The position numbers and the translations under genes are program-made. From positions 39,253 to 103,252 of the forward strand of contig JAHBWW010000006.1 of assembly GCA_019636795.1 (NCBI GenBank): a stretch of DNA of 64,000 nt, in the 5' to 3' direction. Of this stretch, positions 52,201 to 61,356 are shown piece after piece. A model generated the notes under the pieces. The model made no database searches and was not told the DNA's origin. It worked only from the letters and a program-made list of their open reading frames with translations. This DNA is from Phycisphaeraceae bacterium (GTDB lineage Bacteria > Planctomycetota > Phycisphaerae > Phycisphaerales > UBA1924). Positions within the stretch are counted from its first letter, which is position 1; every line of letters starts with the position of its first letter.

Positions 52201-53156
52201 GAGAGGAAGTCGGCGATGGTTGTGTTGCGGGGGATCTGGGCGCGGACGGGTGCGGCGTTCATGAGGAGGCCGACGATGCGTTCGATGTCTGGGGTGTCGA
52301 GTGAGCGGCCTGAGAAGGTGGTGCCGAAGATGATGTCGTCGTTGCGTGTGTAGCGGCTGAGGACGAGGGTCCATGCGGCGAGCATGAGTGTGCTGAGGGT
52401 GAAGCGATTTTCGCGTGCGAACTGCCTGATGTGTGTGTAGTCGGAGTCGGGGAGAGTTGCGGGGATGACGGTGGGTTGTCTGGAGCGTCCGGGGATGTCG
52501 TGGTCGGGGCGAGAGGCGGGGAGTGGAGTGGGGGTATCGAGGCCGGCGAGGAGAGCGGTCCAGTAGCGCTCGGCATCGGAAGCGGGGAAGCGGGCCAGAG
52601 CGGCGAGGGCGCTTTGGAATGAAGCGGGGGGAGGGAGATCGGGAGCGTGGTTCTGGGTGAGTGCGTGGTAGGTTGCGTGGACGTCGGCGAGGATGATGGA
52701 GACGGACCATGCGTCGATGAGGATGTGGTGGAATGACCAGATGACGCGGTGGAGGTTGTGTTCGAGACGCGCGAGGGCGAAGCGCATGAGTGGGGGGCGG
52801 GTGAGTTTGAAGAGTGTGGCGCGATCGCGCGCGAGATAGTCGTCGAGTGGTGGCGCGTCGGGGGTGGACCAGTCGAGGTTGGTCCAGGGGAGGTTGACGT
52901 GCTTGCGGATGATCTGGAGGGGGCGGTCGTCTTTTTGCCAGATGAATTGTGCGCGGAGGGCGGGGCAGCGGGCGATGACGGATTCCCATGCGCGCTGATA
53001 TGCGGCGGGATCGATGGGGCCACGGATGAGGAAGGTGAATTGCTCGAAGTATGCGATGGAGTCCGGGGCGTGAGCGATTTCGAGCAGCGTGAACTGCTGC
53101 ATTGGAGTCAGAGGGAGGATGTCCTGAACGTTTTCAAGTGCTGGGCGGTCACTCAT
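49203..53156 (-). CDS. non-ribosomal peptide synthetase, terminal module C-A-T-TE (1317 aa)
   Basis: ATG 53156 overlaps the upstream NRPS stop by 8 nt (GATGAGTGA). C domain: LPLTPMQQ, SFHHILIDAWS. A domain: AYITYTSGSTGLPKGV, NLYGSSE, NTGDLARW, GRADNQTKIRGFRVELGEVE, PNGKLNR. T domain: FFDLGGHSLLAV. TE domain: GYSLGGAIALE. Confidence 0.95.
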   Translation of the reverse strand: MSDRPALENVQDILPLTPMQQFTLLEIAHAPDSIAYFEQFTFLIRGPIDPAAYQRAWESVIARCPALRAQFIWQKDDRPLQIIRKHVNLPWTNLDWSTPDAPPLDDYLARDRATLFKLTRPPLMRFALARLEHNLHRVIWSFHHILIDAWSVSIILADVHATYHALTQNHAPDLPPPASFQSALAALARFPASDAERYWTALLAGLDTPTPLPASRPDHDIPGRSRQPTVIPATLPDSDYTHIRQFARENRFTLSTLMLAAWTLVLSRYTRNDDIIFGTTFSGRSLDTPDIERIVGLLMNAAPVRAQIPRNTTIADFLSSIQKQISDSTRFEQTPLSDIHRCAHFPPRTPLFNSIVVFGNYPLDDARSGRASPISIESPKSFGWTDVPLTLMVTPWKTFDIEARFDTAAVDPALVRQLLDDTLRTMRRLAADPALSIDAIEITDDADRLRLITLPNQTIASNPPATIQSLFAEQARKTPNATAYRYNSSSLTYAALDRQSAAVAAHLISLGVSPNTPIAVCIEPSLQLPTALLGVLRANCCYVPLDPTYPAARLEHILRDAAPPFVLATADTAAVLPPSLATVINIATIKPSNAPLPSPDATVAYITYTSGSTGLPKGVRGTHAGAINRFRWMWNWRPFQPNETTSWQTTINFVDHVWEAFGPLLAGVPINILPHQTVKDPRALVAALRKNKISRITVVPALLEAILDTHPDLHKHLPHLRICVSSGEALSWNRAQRFLAALPHVELINLYGSSEIAADATAHVVTSADIDAGVIPIGRPISNVKIALLDHRLHPTPPNVPGIIHVAGPCLADGYHNRPDLTAERFLPNPNPIPIPELNASTLFNTGDLARWNDQGNLEYLGRADNQTKIRGFRVELGEVEHTISMHPAVLEAAVIARNTHTGTALHAYFVPANGSTEPTDHTPEIRRFLKGRLPDYMLPAALIPLDHLPRTPNGKLNRTALPDPTNIITTEPITDPTTRRICEIFQSLLALPAVGPAQSFFDLGGHSLLAVKLVARIEAEFKKTIPLAALLRASTPAALRDLIEGNQSPHDTSVIAPFRTTGSRIPFFCIHGMDGNVLFLERLLPGLSPDQPLYGIMARGVHGDATPLTTIEDMADHYLDAIRTIQPQGPYILGGYSLGGAIALEIAHRLTQLDQPVERIIMIDTRVLRQAAGRSLQRTLRKRFIYQLRSGPRHFLRTLWIGPVERNAYKLCARFNLPIPRRLRPWPVRFANLSAYFKYRPRPWAGPISLLRAQHQEDEYKDLHALGWENFARGELNVHPLPCDHLNFFSPRSAGVLARELDRILTPAPIHTSSST

Positions 53157-56100
53157 CCGTGAACTCGCTTGCGTCGAAGAGTGCGGACAGACGTGCGAGG
53201 CCTTCATCGTCGAGGCCTGCGAGGGGGAAGGCGCTGGCTGCTGCGGGAGCGGTGTTTGATGCTGCTGCGGCGTCGCGGATGATGTGGGCGATTGCGGTAG
53301 AGAAGTTTGCAGCGAGCGACTGGATCGTGGATTCGTTGTGGAGCGCGGAGCTTGCGATCCAGTCGATGCGGAGTACGTCATCGACGATCATGGCGTCGAC
53401 TTCGATGATGGCTGGGCGTGTGTTTGAAGGGTGGCGTGTTGGGCCACAGGAAGTGCGTGCGATGCGGAGGCTCCAGCCCTGGGAGAGGGATTGATCGAAT
53501 TGTCCAAGGTAGTTGAATGAGAGTGCGGCGGGCGCGGCCTGGCGGATAGCGCTCCCGAGATCGGTGGTATCCCATGAGCGTGCGAGGCCGAAACCGATGC
53601 CGCGTGCAGGGATCTGTCGGAGGTGTTCGCGTGCAGCGTTGATTGCGGAGGCGGGGTTGGTCATTGTGTGAAGTGGGAGGGCGACGGGGAAGAGGGTGGT
53701 GAACCAGCCGACGGTGCGTGAGACGTCGAGATCGTCGGAGATTGCTTCGCGGCCATGGCCCATCATGTCGATGCGAAGGGTGTCGCGGCTGACCCATTGG
53801 CGGAGGGTGATGCCGAGTGCTGCGAGGAGAATGTCGTTGATCTGTGCGTGATATGAGGCTGGGACATCGTGGAGGAGTGCGCGCGTTGCGGCGGGGTCGA
53901 TGATGGTGGTGTGGACGATGGCGGATGCTTCGGTGTTGTCGGCTGCGGGGTGATCGAGGGGGATCTGCGGTGAGGCGGCGAGTTCGCGCATCCACCATTC
54001 GCGCTGTTGCGGCGAAGCGGAGATTGAGGGTGTGTGTTGCTCGAGCGCGTGTGCCCAGTCGCGGAGGGAGTGGGTCTTTTGTGGGAGGGAGGGGGACTGG
54101 CCCTGCGAGATGTGTTCGCAGGCGAGCATGAGGTCTTCGATGATGAGGCGCCAGGAGAAGCCATCGAGGACGAGGTGATGTGCTGCCATGAGGAGGCGTG
54201 CGGAGCCGCCGTTGCGTTCGCGGAAGAGGACTGCGCCGAAGAGGGGGCCTTGTGCGAGATTGAAACCTGTCTGGAGGGTGGTGCCGTGGCGTTCGACGGA
54301 GGCATCGGCGGCGGGGGTGGAGAATTGATCGACGAGCGCGGTGTGGAATGCGAGATTGGTTGCGTCGGGGGTGTCGAAGTGCTGGGTCCAGGTCTGATCG
54401 TTTCGTTGGTAACGGAGGCGCAGGGCATCGTGATGATTGACGACGGCGAGCAGTGCGCGTCGGAAGGTGAGGTCGTCGATGCGTGAGGGGACTTCGAGCA
54501 TTATGGCTGCGTTCCAGTGCGATGGCTGGGCGAGGTTCTGATCGAGGAGCCACTGCTGGATTGGAATGAGCGGGGAGTGTCCGGTGACGGGGCCCTGATG
54601 TGCGGTGAGTGCTGCGGCTTGTCGAGCGTGCGGGGCGAGGAGTGCGATTGTTGGATGATCGAAGAGTTGGTTTGGGGTGATGAGGATGCCGTGGCGGCGT
54701 GCGCGTGCGCAGATCTGAATGCTGAGGATGGAGTCGCCACCGATTTCGAAGAAGTTGTCGTTGAGTGCGACGGAGTCGAGGCGGAGGACTTGAGCCCAGA
54801 CGGCGGCGAGGGTTGACTCGAGATCGGTCGCGTGCTCGGCGGCAGAGCGATCGGCGGCGGATGCGGCGGCGCGCGAGGGGGCAGGGAGTGCGCGGCGGTC
54901 GAGTTTGCCGTTGGAGGTGACGGGGAGCGAGTCGAGGGTGACGAAGGCTGCGGGGACCATGTATTCGGGGAGTGTGCGCGCGAGTGCGGCGCGGAGGGTT
55001 GCGTGATCGGCGCTACCGACGATGTATGCGACGATGCGTGGGCTGGCGGGGATGTCTTCGCGTGCGATGACGACGGCGTGCTGGACGTTGGGCTGGTGAG
55101 CGATTGCGTGTTGGATTTCGCCGAGTTCGATGCGGAAGCCTCGGATCTTGACCTGATCGTCGAGTCGGCCGAGGTATTCGATGGATCCATCGTTGAGGAA
55201 GCGTGCGAGGTCGCCGGTTTTGTAGAGTTTTTCGGCAGGGCGGAATGGGTGCTGGATGAAGCGTTCGGCGGTGAGTTCTGGTCGGTTGACGTATCCGATG
55301 CCGACCTGGATGCCTCCGATGTAGAGCTCGCCGGGAGTGCCGATGGGGGCGAGTTCGAGGCGTGGATCGAGGACGAGCAAGTGGGTGTTTGCGATGGGGA
55401 AGCCGATGGGGATGATGTTTCGTGGGTCGCGTGGGGCGCATTCCCATGCGGTGACATCGACTGCGGCCTCGGTTGGGCCATAGAGGTTTGCGAGGCGTAC
55501 AGCGGGGAGGATGGTGAAGAATCGCTGAACGAGATCGAATGGGAGGGCTTCGCCGGAGCAGACGACGCGGCGGAGGGAGGTGATGCGTGGGAGGGTTGGT
55601 TCTTCGAGGAATGCGCGGAGCATGGAGGGGACGAAGTGCATGACGGAGACGTTGTGGTGCTGGATGATGTGTGCGAGGTATGCGGTGTCGCGGTGACCTT
55701 CTGGTTTTGCGACGACGATTGCGGCGCCGGTGATGAGTGGCCAGAAGAACTCCCAGACGGAGACGTCGAAACTGAAGGGAGTTTTCTGAAGGACGCGATC
55801 GCTGGGGGTGAGTTGGTATTCGTCCTGCATCCAGAGGAGGCGGTTGATGATGGCGCGGTGGGCGTTGAGTGCGGCTTTGGGGCGGCCGGTGGAGCCTGAG
55901 GTGAAGATGGCGTATGCGGGGTCGTCGGGAGTTGCGGTGGAGGCGGGGGGGGTTGAGGGGGAAGTTGCGAGCGACGGATCGTCGAGGAAGAGAGTTGGTC
56001 CTTGCCAGTTGAGGGTGGCGAGTTGGGCGGAGGAGGATGGAAGCGTGGGGTCGGATGCGGAGGTGATGAAGGCGGCGAGGGCGGCGTCGTCGATCATGTT

Positions 56101-59100
56101 GGCGAGGCGCTCGGGGGGATAGGTTGGATCGAGGGGGACGTATGCGGCGCCTGCGCGCATGACGCCGAGGAGGGCGGCGACGAGCTCGGTGCTGCGCTGG
56201 AGGCAGACTCCGACGAGGGAGTGTGGTTTGACGCCGAGGGCGAGAAGTCGGTGTGCGATGCGGTTTGCGTTGGCGTCGAGTTGTGCGTAGGTGGTGGTCT
56301 GGTCGCTGAAGATGACGGCTGGTGCGTGAGGGGTTGCGGCTGCCTGTTGTGCGATGAGTTGATCGAGGGTGAGGTTTTGTGGATAGGGTCGTGCGGGGCC
56401 TGCGAAGTCATCGAGGAGTTGTCGTTTTTCGCTTTTTGGGAGCATGGCTGCGGGGGAGGCGGGCTGGTGAGGGTCGGCGGCGATGGCGCGGAGTGCGGCG
56501 AGGTAGTATCGGCCGATCTGCTTGACCTGATCGCGGGTCATGTGTTTGTTGTTGTAGTTGAGGACGACATCAAGGCGTTTGTCGTATGCGTCGACGCGGA
56601 AGTTTGCGACGAGGACGTAGTGGAATGGGTCGGTGAAATCGACGCGGAGGAACTCGATATCGTCGCGTCCGGCGAGGCGGTCGTAGACGTGGAAATGTGT
56701 GTAGTTGAAACCGGTTTCGAAGAGGTTGTCCTGACCTGCGCGGCCGAGATCGCGGAGGAGTTGTGCGCCGATGTATCGGCGGTGTGGGAGTGCGGCGAGT
56801 TCGGCGTGGTGTGCTGATTGTGCGAGTTCGAACCAAGTCTGGTCGGCGACGTGGAGGCGGTAGGGCATGGTGTTGAGGTGGTTGCCGAGGGAGGAGTCGC
56901 CGCCCGGGTCTTCGATGCGGCCGTTCATGACGAGGCCTGTGACGACGTCGTCCTGATGAGCGAGCATGCCGAGGACGCGCGTGTGCGCGGCGAGGTAGAA
57001 GGACTTGAGCGGGATTGCGAGTTCGCGTGCGCGTTCGATGACGCGCTGGTTGACGTCGGCGGGGATGGGGACGATGAGGTCGAGATTGCGTGCGACGGGG
57101 ACATCGGCTCCGACGCCGGGGATGCGCGGGACTTGTGTGAAGGGGGCGTCGTCCATGAGTCCGGCCCAGAAAGTCTGGGCGTCGTGGGAGTTGAGGGTGG
57201 TGCGTTCGAGGGCGACGAAATCGCGGTATGTGATGGGGTTTGGTGTGAGATCGAGATCGGGGGCGCCGGCGAGCATGTTGACGTAGCGGGAGAAGATTTC
57301 GGTCATCATGTTCGACGTGCTCCAGCCGTCGAGGATTGCGTCGTGGAAGGTGATGCCGAACTGGAAGGTGTCGGGGGAGCGTTTGTGGACGGTGTATTTG
57401 AGGAGCGGGGGGCGAGACCAATCGAATTCGTATTCGGCTTCGTCGTCGATCCATCGGGCGAGGAGGGCTTGCTGCGATTCGGAGGGGAGGTGGGAGATAT
57501 CGTGGTATTCGATTGGGGCTGAGGCGGCAGCGTGTACGAGTTGCATTGGTTCGGCGAAGGTGCCGAGGTCGAAACTGGTGCGGAGGATGGGATTGCGTGC
57601 GACGACCTGATCGACGGCGCGCTGGAGGAGCGTGAGGTCGAGTCGTGCGCGGACATGGAGGCTCATGGCGACTTGATAGAGGTATGAGCCGATGGCGCGT
57701 TCGCTGTGAAAGACCATGCCGCTCTGGAGTGCGCTGAGGGGGTAGGCGTCGATGATGTCGGGGGGGAGTTTTGCGCGGTCGTTTGCGGAGATGAGTTGGA
57801 ATGGCTGGGTGCGCGTGGTGGCGGTGGATTGAGCAGTTGCAGCGGTTGAGGCGAGGGCGCGGACGGTGGGCGCGCGGAAGAGGTCGTGGACTGCGATATG
57901 GATGTCTGCGTCGGAGGCTTTTGCGACGATGCGGAGGGCGAGGATTGAGTCGCCGCCGATTTCGAAGAAGTTGTCGTCGATGGAGACACGCGGGAGGTTG
58001 AGGACCTGGGCCCAGATTTGTGCGAGTTGTGCTTCGGTGTCGGAGGTTGGGGCGACAAAGGGGCGATCGGAAGCGAAGGCGGAGCCGCGGGGCGGGGCGG
58101 GGAGTGCGCGGCGATCGAGTTTGCCATTTGCGGTGACGGGGAGAGCATCGAGGGTGACGAAGGCAGCGGGGACCATGTATTCGGGGAGGAGTTTTGCGAG
58201 TGCATCGCGGAGTGCGCTGTGGGTGGCGCTGCCGACGATGTATGCGACGAGGCGTTTGGTGCCTGGGACATCTTCGCGTGCGAGAACGACGGCTTCCTGA
58301 ACGTCGGGTTGGGCGGAGAGGACGAATTCGATTTCGCCAAGTTCGATGCGGAAGCCTCGGATCTTGACCTGGTCGTCGAGTCGGCCGAGGTATTCGATGG
58401 AGGCATCGGGGAGGAAGCGTCCGAGGTCTCCGGTTTTGTACATTTTCTCGCCGGGGCGGAATGGGTTCTGGATGAAGCGATCGGCGGTGAGTTCTGGTCG
58501 GTTGACGTAACCCATGCCGACCTGTATGCCTCCGATGAAGAGTTCGCCGGGGACGCCGGTTGGTGTTGGGGTCAGGTGATCGTCGAGTGCGTACATGAAG
58601 GTATTTGGGACGGCGCTGCCGATTGGGACGATGCCGCGTGGGTCGTTGGGGTGGCATTCCCATGCGGTGACATCGACGGCGGCCTCGGTTGGGCCATAGA
58701 GGTTGGCGAGGTGAGCGTTTGGGAGGCGCGAGAAGAATCGTTCGACGAGATCGAAGGGGAGTGCTTCGCCGGAGCAGACGACGCGGCGAATGGTGGTGCA
58801 ACTGGTGACGTTGCGCTCTTCGATGAAGACGCGGAGCATTGAGGGGACGAAGTGGAGGACAGTGACGGCGTGGTGTGCGATGAGGTCTACGAGGTAGGCG
58901 CTGTCGCGGTGGCCTTCGGGCTTGGCGACGACGATGGTGGCGCCGGTGATGAGTGGCCAGAAGAACTCCCAGACGGAGACGTCGAAGGAGTATGGTGTTT
59001 TCTGGAGGACGCGGTCGGTGGGGGTGAGTTGATAGTGCTCCTGCATCCACATGAGGCGGTTGATGATTGCGACATGTGCGTTGGCGGCGCCTTTTGGTTT

Positions 59101-61260
59101 GCCGGTGGAGCCGGAGGTGAAGATGACGTATGCGGGGTCGTGCTCAGTTGCGGGGCATGTGGGCGTGTGGGCGGGGTTAGCAGCGAGGGAGGGATCATCG
59201 ACGAAGAGGGTTTGGCCTTGCCAGTCGAGGGATTTGTAGAGGGGTGTGGTTGAGTGAGATGAGGGTGAGTTTTGTGACGTGACGAGGACGGCGAGGTGTG
59301 CGTCTTCGATCATGTTTTTGAGGCGTTCGATGGGGTATGAGGGGTCGAGGGGGACGTAGGCGCCGCCGCTCTTGATGACGGCGACGAGGGTTGCGACGAG
59401 TTCGGTGCTGCGTTCGAGGCAGACGCCGACGAGTGAGCCGGGCTTGACGCCCTGTGCGATGAGACGGTGTGCGATGCGGTTGGAGAGCGCGTCGAGTTGT
59501 GCGTAGGTGGTGATGGTGTCGTTGAAGATGACAGCGGGCGCATCGGGGTGCTGGGCGACCATGCGGGCGATGAGATCGGCCAGGGTGATGCCGCGTTCGT
59601 AGTTGCGTGTGGGTCCTGCGAAGGTTTCGAGGACACGGCGGCGTTCTGCGGGAGTCAGAATGGAGAGGCGTGAGCCGAGTTCGTGAGGAGCAGCGGAGGC
59701 CTGGGCGAGGAGTTGCTGAAATTGTGCGGCGATGTCGATGGCCTGATCGGTTGGGACGGCATCGGTGCGGAAGCGGAGGGAGCAGCCGGTGTCGGAGGGG
59801 AGGAGTGTGATGGCGGCGCGGCTGGAGGCGTGAGGGGTGAGTTCGATTGCGGCGTGCCAGAGATGGGTTGAGCGCAGTTCGGCGATATCGCGGAGGCGTG
59901 TGCTGCGTGCGAGCAGATCGCGGGCGTAGGTTGGGTGCTTTGCCAGGGTTTCGAGTTCGGCGGTGATGGCGTGTTGTATGGACTGGAAAGAGGTTTCGAG
60001 GTTGAGATCGACGCGCATCGGCGGATGAGTCTCGAAGAGTTGACCGGCGGGCGCGAGTGGGTTGGGTTGCGCGGGTGTGTGGAGCGGGAGGTCGAAACGC
60101 GTGTTGCGTGAGACGCGCGCGAGATAGATGGCGAAGGCGGCGATCTGCTGGGCGGCGGTGGAGCCGAGGGGGGTTGCGATGTCGAGTGTGCTTGTTTCGG
60201 CTGAGGGGTCGGGGTGGAGTGACTGGAGGCTGGAGATGAAGGGCGTCTGGATGGGCTGGACGTTGGCGAGGCGGTTGATCCACCAGTTTTCGGTGCGGTG
60301 TGCGGCGGAGTCGAGCGCGATGATGCGCTGAAGTTCGGCGGGGTCAAGAGGTGGGAGTTGGCGTGCGCATGCGAAGCGGGGCTCGGCGAGGTTTGCGGGT
60401 GAGCCATCAATTTCGCGCAGGCCGAGGAGGCGGATGTCGGATGAGCCTCCGGTGCTGACGCGGAGGGATGCGTCGGCGACGGAGATGATGGTTCCGGGTG
60501 CGGAGTTTGGTCCGGTGTCGGTTGGAGCGGCATTGGTGGCGAAGAGGAAGCGTGATCCGGTCCAGATGCGTGCGGTGCCGAGGCGGTTGTCGTATGGGCC
60601 GAAGTCGAGGGCGCGTACGAGGCGGAGGAGATCGGTTGCGGAGGCAGTCCAATCGAGGATGCCTGCGTGGGGCGGGCGATGGTGTCGGCCGAACCATGTG
60701 CGCTGCGATTCGGACTGTGGCGCGCGTGAGTGAGTCTGCGATTCGAGTTGTGTGAGGAGCGTGCGAAATGAGCGGAGGGCGGCTTCGTATGCTTTTGCGT
60801 TGAGGGTGAAGGCGGAGTCGGCGGCGGAGATGGGGAATGGTTCGGACGCGAGAATGTCGCCGAAGTCGACGCGGTCGGTCATGACGTGCCATGAGACGGC
60901 GTGCTCGGTTTCGCCGGCGAGAATTGCCCATGATGTGGCGTGAATGCCGGCGTAACGCGGGAGTGGTCCGTCGTGATAGTTGATGGCGAGGTGAGTTGGC
61001 CAGGTCAGGGCGGTTGATGGAAGGACGTCGTTGTTGACGATGCTCCAGAGGAGGTCGGGGGCTTGGGGGGTGAGGGAGATCAGGCCTGCGAAATCGGAGG
61101 CGAAGGGGATTGAGGCTGCGTGTGCCCATGTTGCGACGCGTGGATCGGGCGATGCGACAGCGACGACGGAGTGTCCGCGGCGGAGGAGTTCGTCGGCGCA
61201 CTGGATGAGGACACTGCCGGTGCCGATCAATGCACAGCGGAATCGAATCTGAGGATTCAC
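53149..61260 (-). CDS. non-ribosomal peptide synthetase: formyltransferase-like domain, C-like remnant, then A-T-C-A-T-E
   Basis: GTG 61260 lies 6 nt after AGGAG (the track GTG 61302 is also possible). Fmt-like: CALIGTGS, NYHDGPLPRYAGIHATSWAI, MTDRVDFGDIL. A1: AYVIFTSGSTGKPKGA. T1: FFEIGGDSILAL. C: YPLSALQSGMVFH, FHDAILDGWS. A2: AYAIFTSGSTGRPKAA. T2: FFEIGGDSILSI. E: AAHHLVLDGFSWRLI. Confidence 0.95.
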   Translation of the reverse strand: MNPQIRFRCALIGTGSVLIQCADELLRRGHSVVAVASPDPRVATWAHAASIPFASDFAGLISLTPQAPDLLWSIVNNDVLPSTALTWPTHLAINYHDGPLPRYAGIHATSWAILAGETEHAVSWHVMTDRVDFGDILASEPFPISAADSAFTLNAKAYEAALRSFRTLLTQLESQTHSRAPQSESQRTWFGRHHRPPHAGILDWTASATDLLRLVRALDFGPYDNRLGTARIWTGSRFLFATNAAPTDTGPNSAPGTIISVADASLRVSTGGSSDIRLLGLREIDGSPANLAEPRFACARQLPPLDPAELQRIIALDSAAHRTENWWINRLANVQPIQTPFISSLQSLHPDPSAETSTLDIATPLGSTAAQQIAAFAIYLARVSRNTRFDLPLHTPAQPNPLAPAGQLFETHPPMRVDLNLETSFQSIQHAITAELETLAKHPTYARDLLARSTRLRDIAELRSTHLWHAAIELTPHASSRAAITLLPSDTGCSLRFRTDAVPTDQAIDIAAQFQQLLAQASAAPHELGSRLSILTPAERRRVLETFAGPTRNYERGITLADLIARMVAQHPDAPAVIFNDTITTYAQLDALSNRIAHRLIAQGVKPGSLVGVCLERSTELVATLVAVIKSGGAYVPLDPSYPIERLKNMIEDAHLAVLVTSQNSPSSHSTTPLYKSLDWQGQTLFVDDPSLAANPAHTPTCPATEHDPAYVIFTSGSTGKPKGAANAHVAIINRLMWMQEHYQLTPTDRVLQKTPYSFDVSVWEFFWPLITGATIVVAKPEGHRDSAYLVDLIAHHAVTVLHFVPSMLRVFIEERNVTSCTTIRRVVCSGEALPFDLVERFFSRLPNAHLANLYGPTEAAVDVTAWECHPNDPRGIVPIGSAVPNTFMYALDDHLTPTPTGVPGELFIGGIQVGMGYVNRPELTADRFIQNPFRPGEKMYKTGDLGRFLPDASIEYLGRLDDQVKIRGFRIELGEIEFVLSAQPDVQEAVVLAREDVPGTKRLVAYIVGSATHSALRDALAKLLPEYMVPAAFVTLDALPVTANGKLDRRALPAPPRGSAFASDRPFVAPTSDTEAQLAQIWAQVLNLPRVSIDDNFFEIGGDSILALRIVAKASDADIHIAVHDLFRAPTVRALASTAATAQSTATTRTQPFQLISANDRAKLPPDIIDAYPLSALQSGMVFHSERAIGSYLYQVAMSLHVRARLDLTLLQRAVDQVVARNPILRTSFDLGTFAEPMQLVHAAASAPIEYHDISHLPSESQQALLARWIDDEAEYEFDWSRPPLLKYTVHKRSPDTFQFGITFHDAILDGWSTSNMMTEIFSRYVNMLAGAPDLDLTPNPITYRDFVALERTTLNSHDAQTFWAGLMDDAPFTQVPRIPGVGADVPVARNLDLIVPIPADVNQRVIERARELAIPLKSFYLAAHTRVLGMLAHQDDVVTGLVMNGRIEDPGGDSSLGNHLNTMPYRLHVADQTWFELAQSAHHAELAALPHRRYIGAQLLRDLGRAGQDNLFETGFNYTHFHVYDRLAGRDDIEFLRVDFTDPFHYVLVANFRVDAYDKRLDVVLNYNNKHMTRDQVKQIGRYYLAALRAIAADPHQPASPAAMLPKSEKRQLLDDFAGPARPYPQNLTLDQLIAQQAAATPHAPAVIFSDQTTTYAQLDANANRIAHRLLALGVKPHSLVGVCLQRSTELVAALLGVMRAGAAYVPLDPTYPPERLANMIDDAALAAFITSASDPTLPSSSAQLATLNWQGPTLFLDDPSLATSPSTPPASTATPDDPAYAIFTSGSTGRPKAALNAHRAIINRLLWMQDEYQLTPSDRVLQKTPFSFDVSVWEFFWPLITGAAIVVAKPEGHRDTAYLAHIIQHHNVSVMHFVPSMLRAFLEEPTLPRITSLRRVVCSGEALPFDLVQRFFTILPAVRLANLYGPTEAAVDVTAWECAPRDPRNIIPIGFPIANTHLLVLDPRLELAPIGTPGELYIGGIQVGIGYVNRPELTAERFIQHPFRPAEKLYKTGDLARFLNDGSIEYLGRLDDQVKIRGFRIELGEIQHAIAHQPNVQHAVVIAREDIPASPRIVAYIVGSADHATLRAALARTLPEYMVPAAFVTLDSLPVTSNGKLDRRALPAPSRAAASAADRSAAEHATDLESTLAAVWAQVLRLDSVALNDNFFEIGGDSILSIQICARARRHGILITPNQLFDHPTIALLAPHARQAAALTAHQGPVTGHSPLIPIQQWLLDQNLAQPSHWNAAIMLEVPSRIDDLTFRRALLAVVNHHDALRLRYQRNDQTWTQHFDTPDATNLAFHTALVDQFSTPAADASVERHGTTLQTGFNLAQGPLFGAVLFRERNGGSARLLMAAHHLVLDGFSWRLIIEDLMLACEHISQGQSPSLPQKTHSLRDWAHALEQHTPSISASPQQREWWMRELAASPQIPLDHPAADNTEASAIVHTTIIDPAATRALLHDVPASYHAQINDILLAALGITLRQWVSRDTLRIDMMGHGREAISDDLDVSRTVGWFTTLFPVALPLHTMTNPASAINAAREHLRQIPARGIGFGLARSWDTTDLGSAIRQAAPAALSFNYLGQFDQSLSQGWSLRIARTSCGPTRHPSNTRPAIIEVDAMIVDDVLRIDWIASSALHNESTIQSLAANFSTAIAHIIRDAAAASNTAPAAASAFPLAGLDDEGLARLSALFDASEFTDE

Positions 61261-61356
61261 AGAGCGCTCCTGCAAAGGGAATCGTGCACGCCGAGGGTGC
61301 ACGGCATGATGAGATTGGATCGGTAAGTCGGACGGAGAGGCGCGATCGGCGTGCGA

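Noticed and set aside
56570-59050. 826-aa minus-strand ORF and several 200-390-aa ORFs inside the large NRPS gene
   Set aside because: Same reason: these are alternative frames of a gene whose true frame is continuous for 2717 codons with canonical NRPS core motifs.
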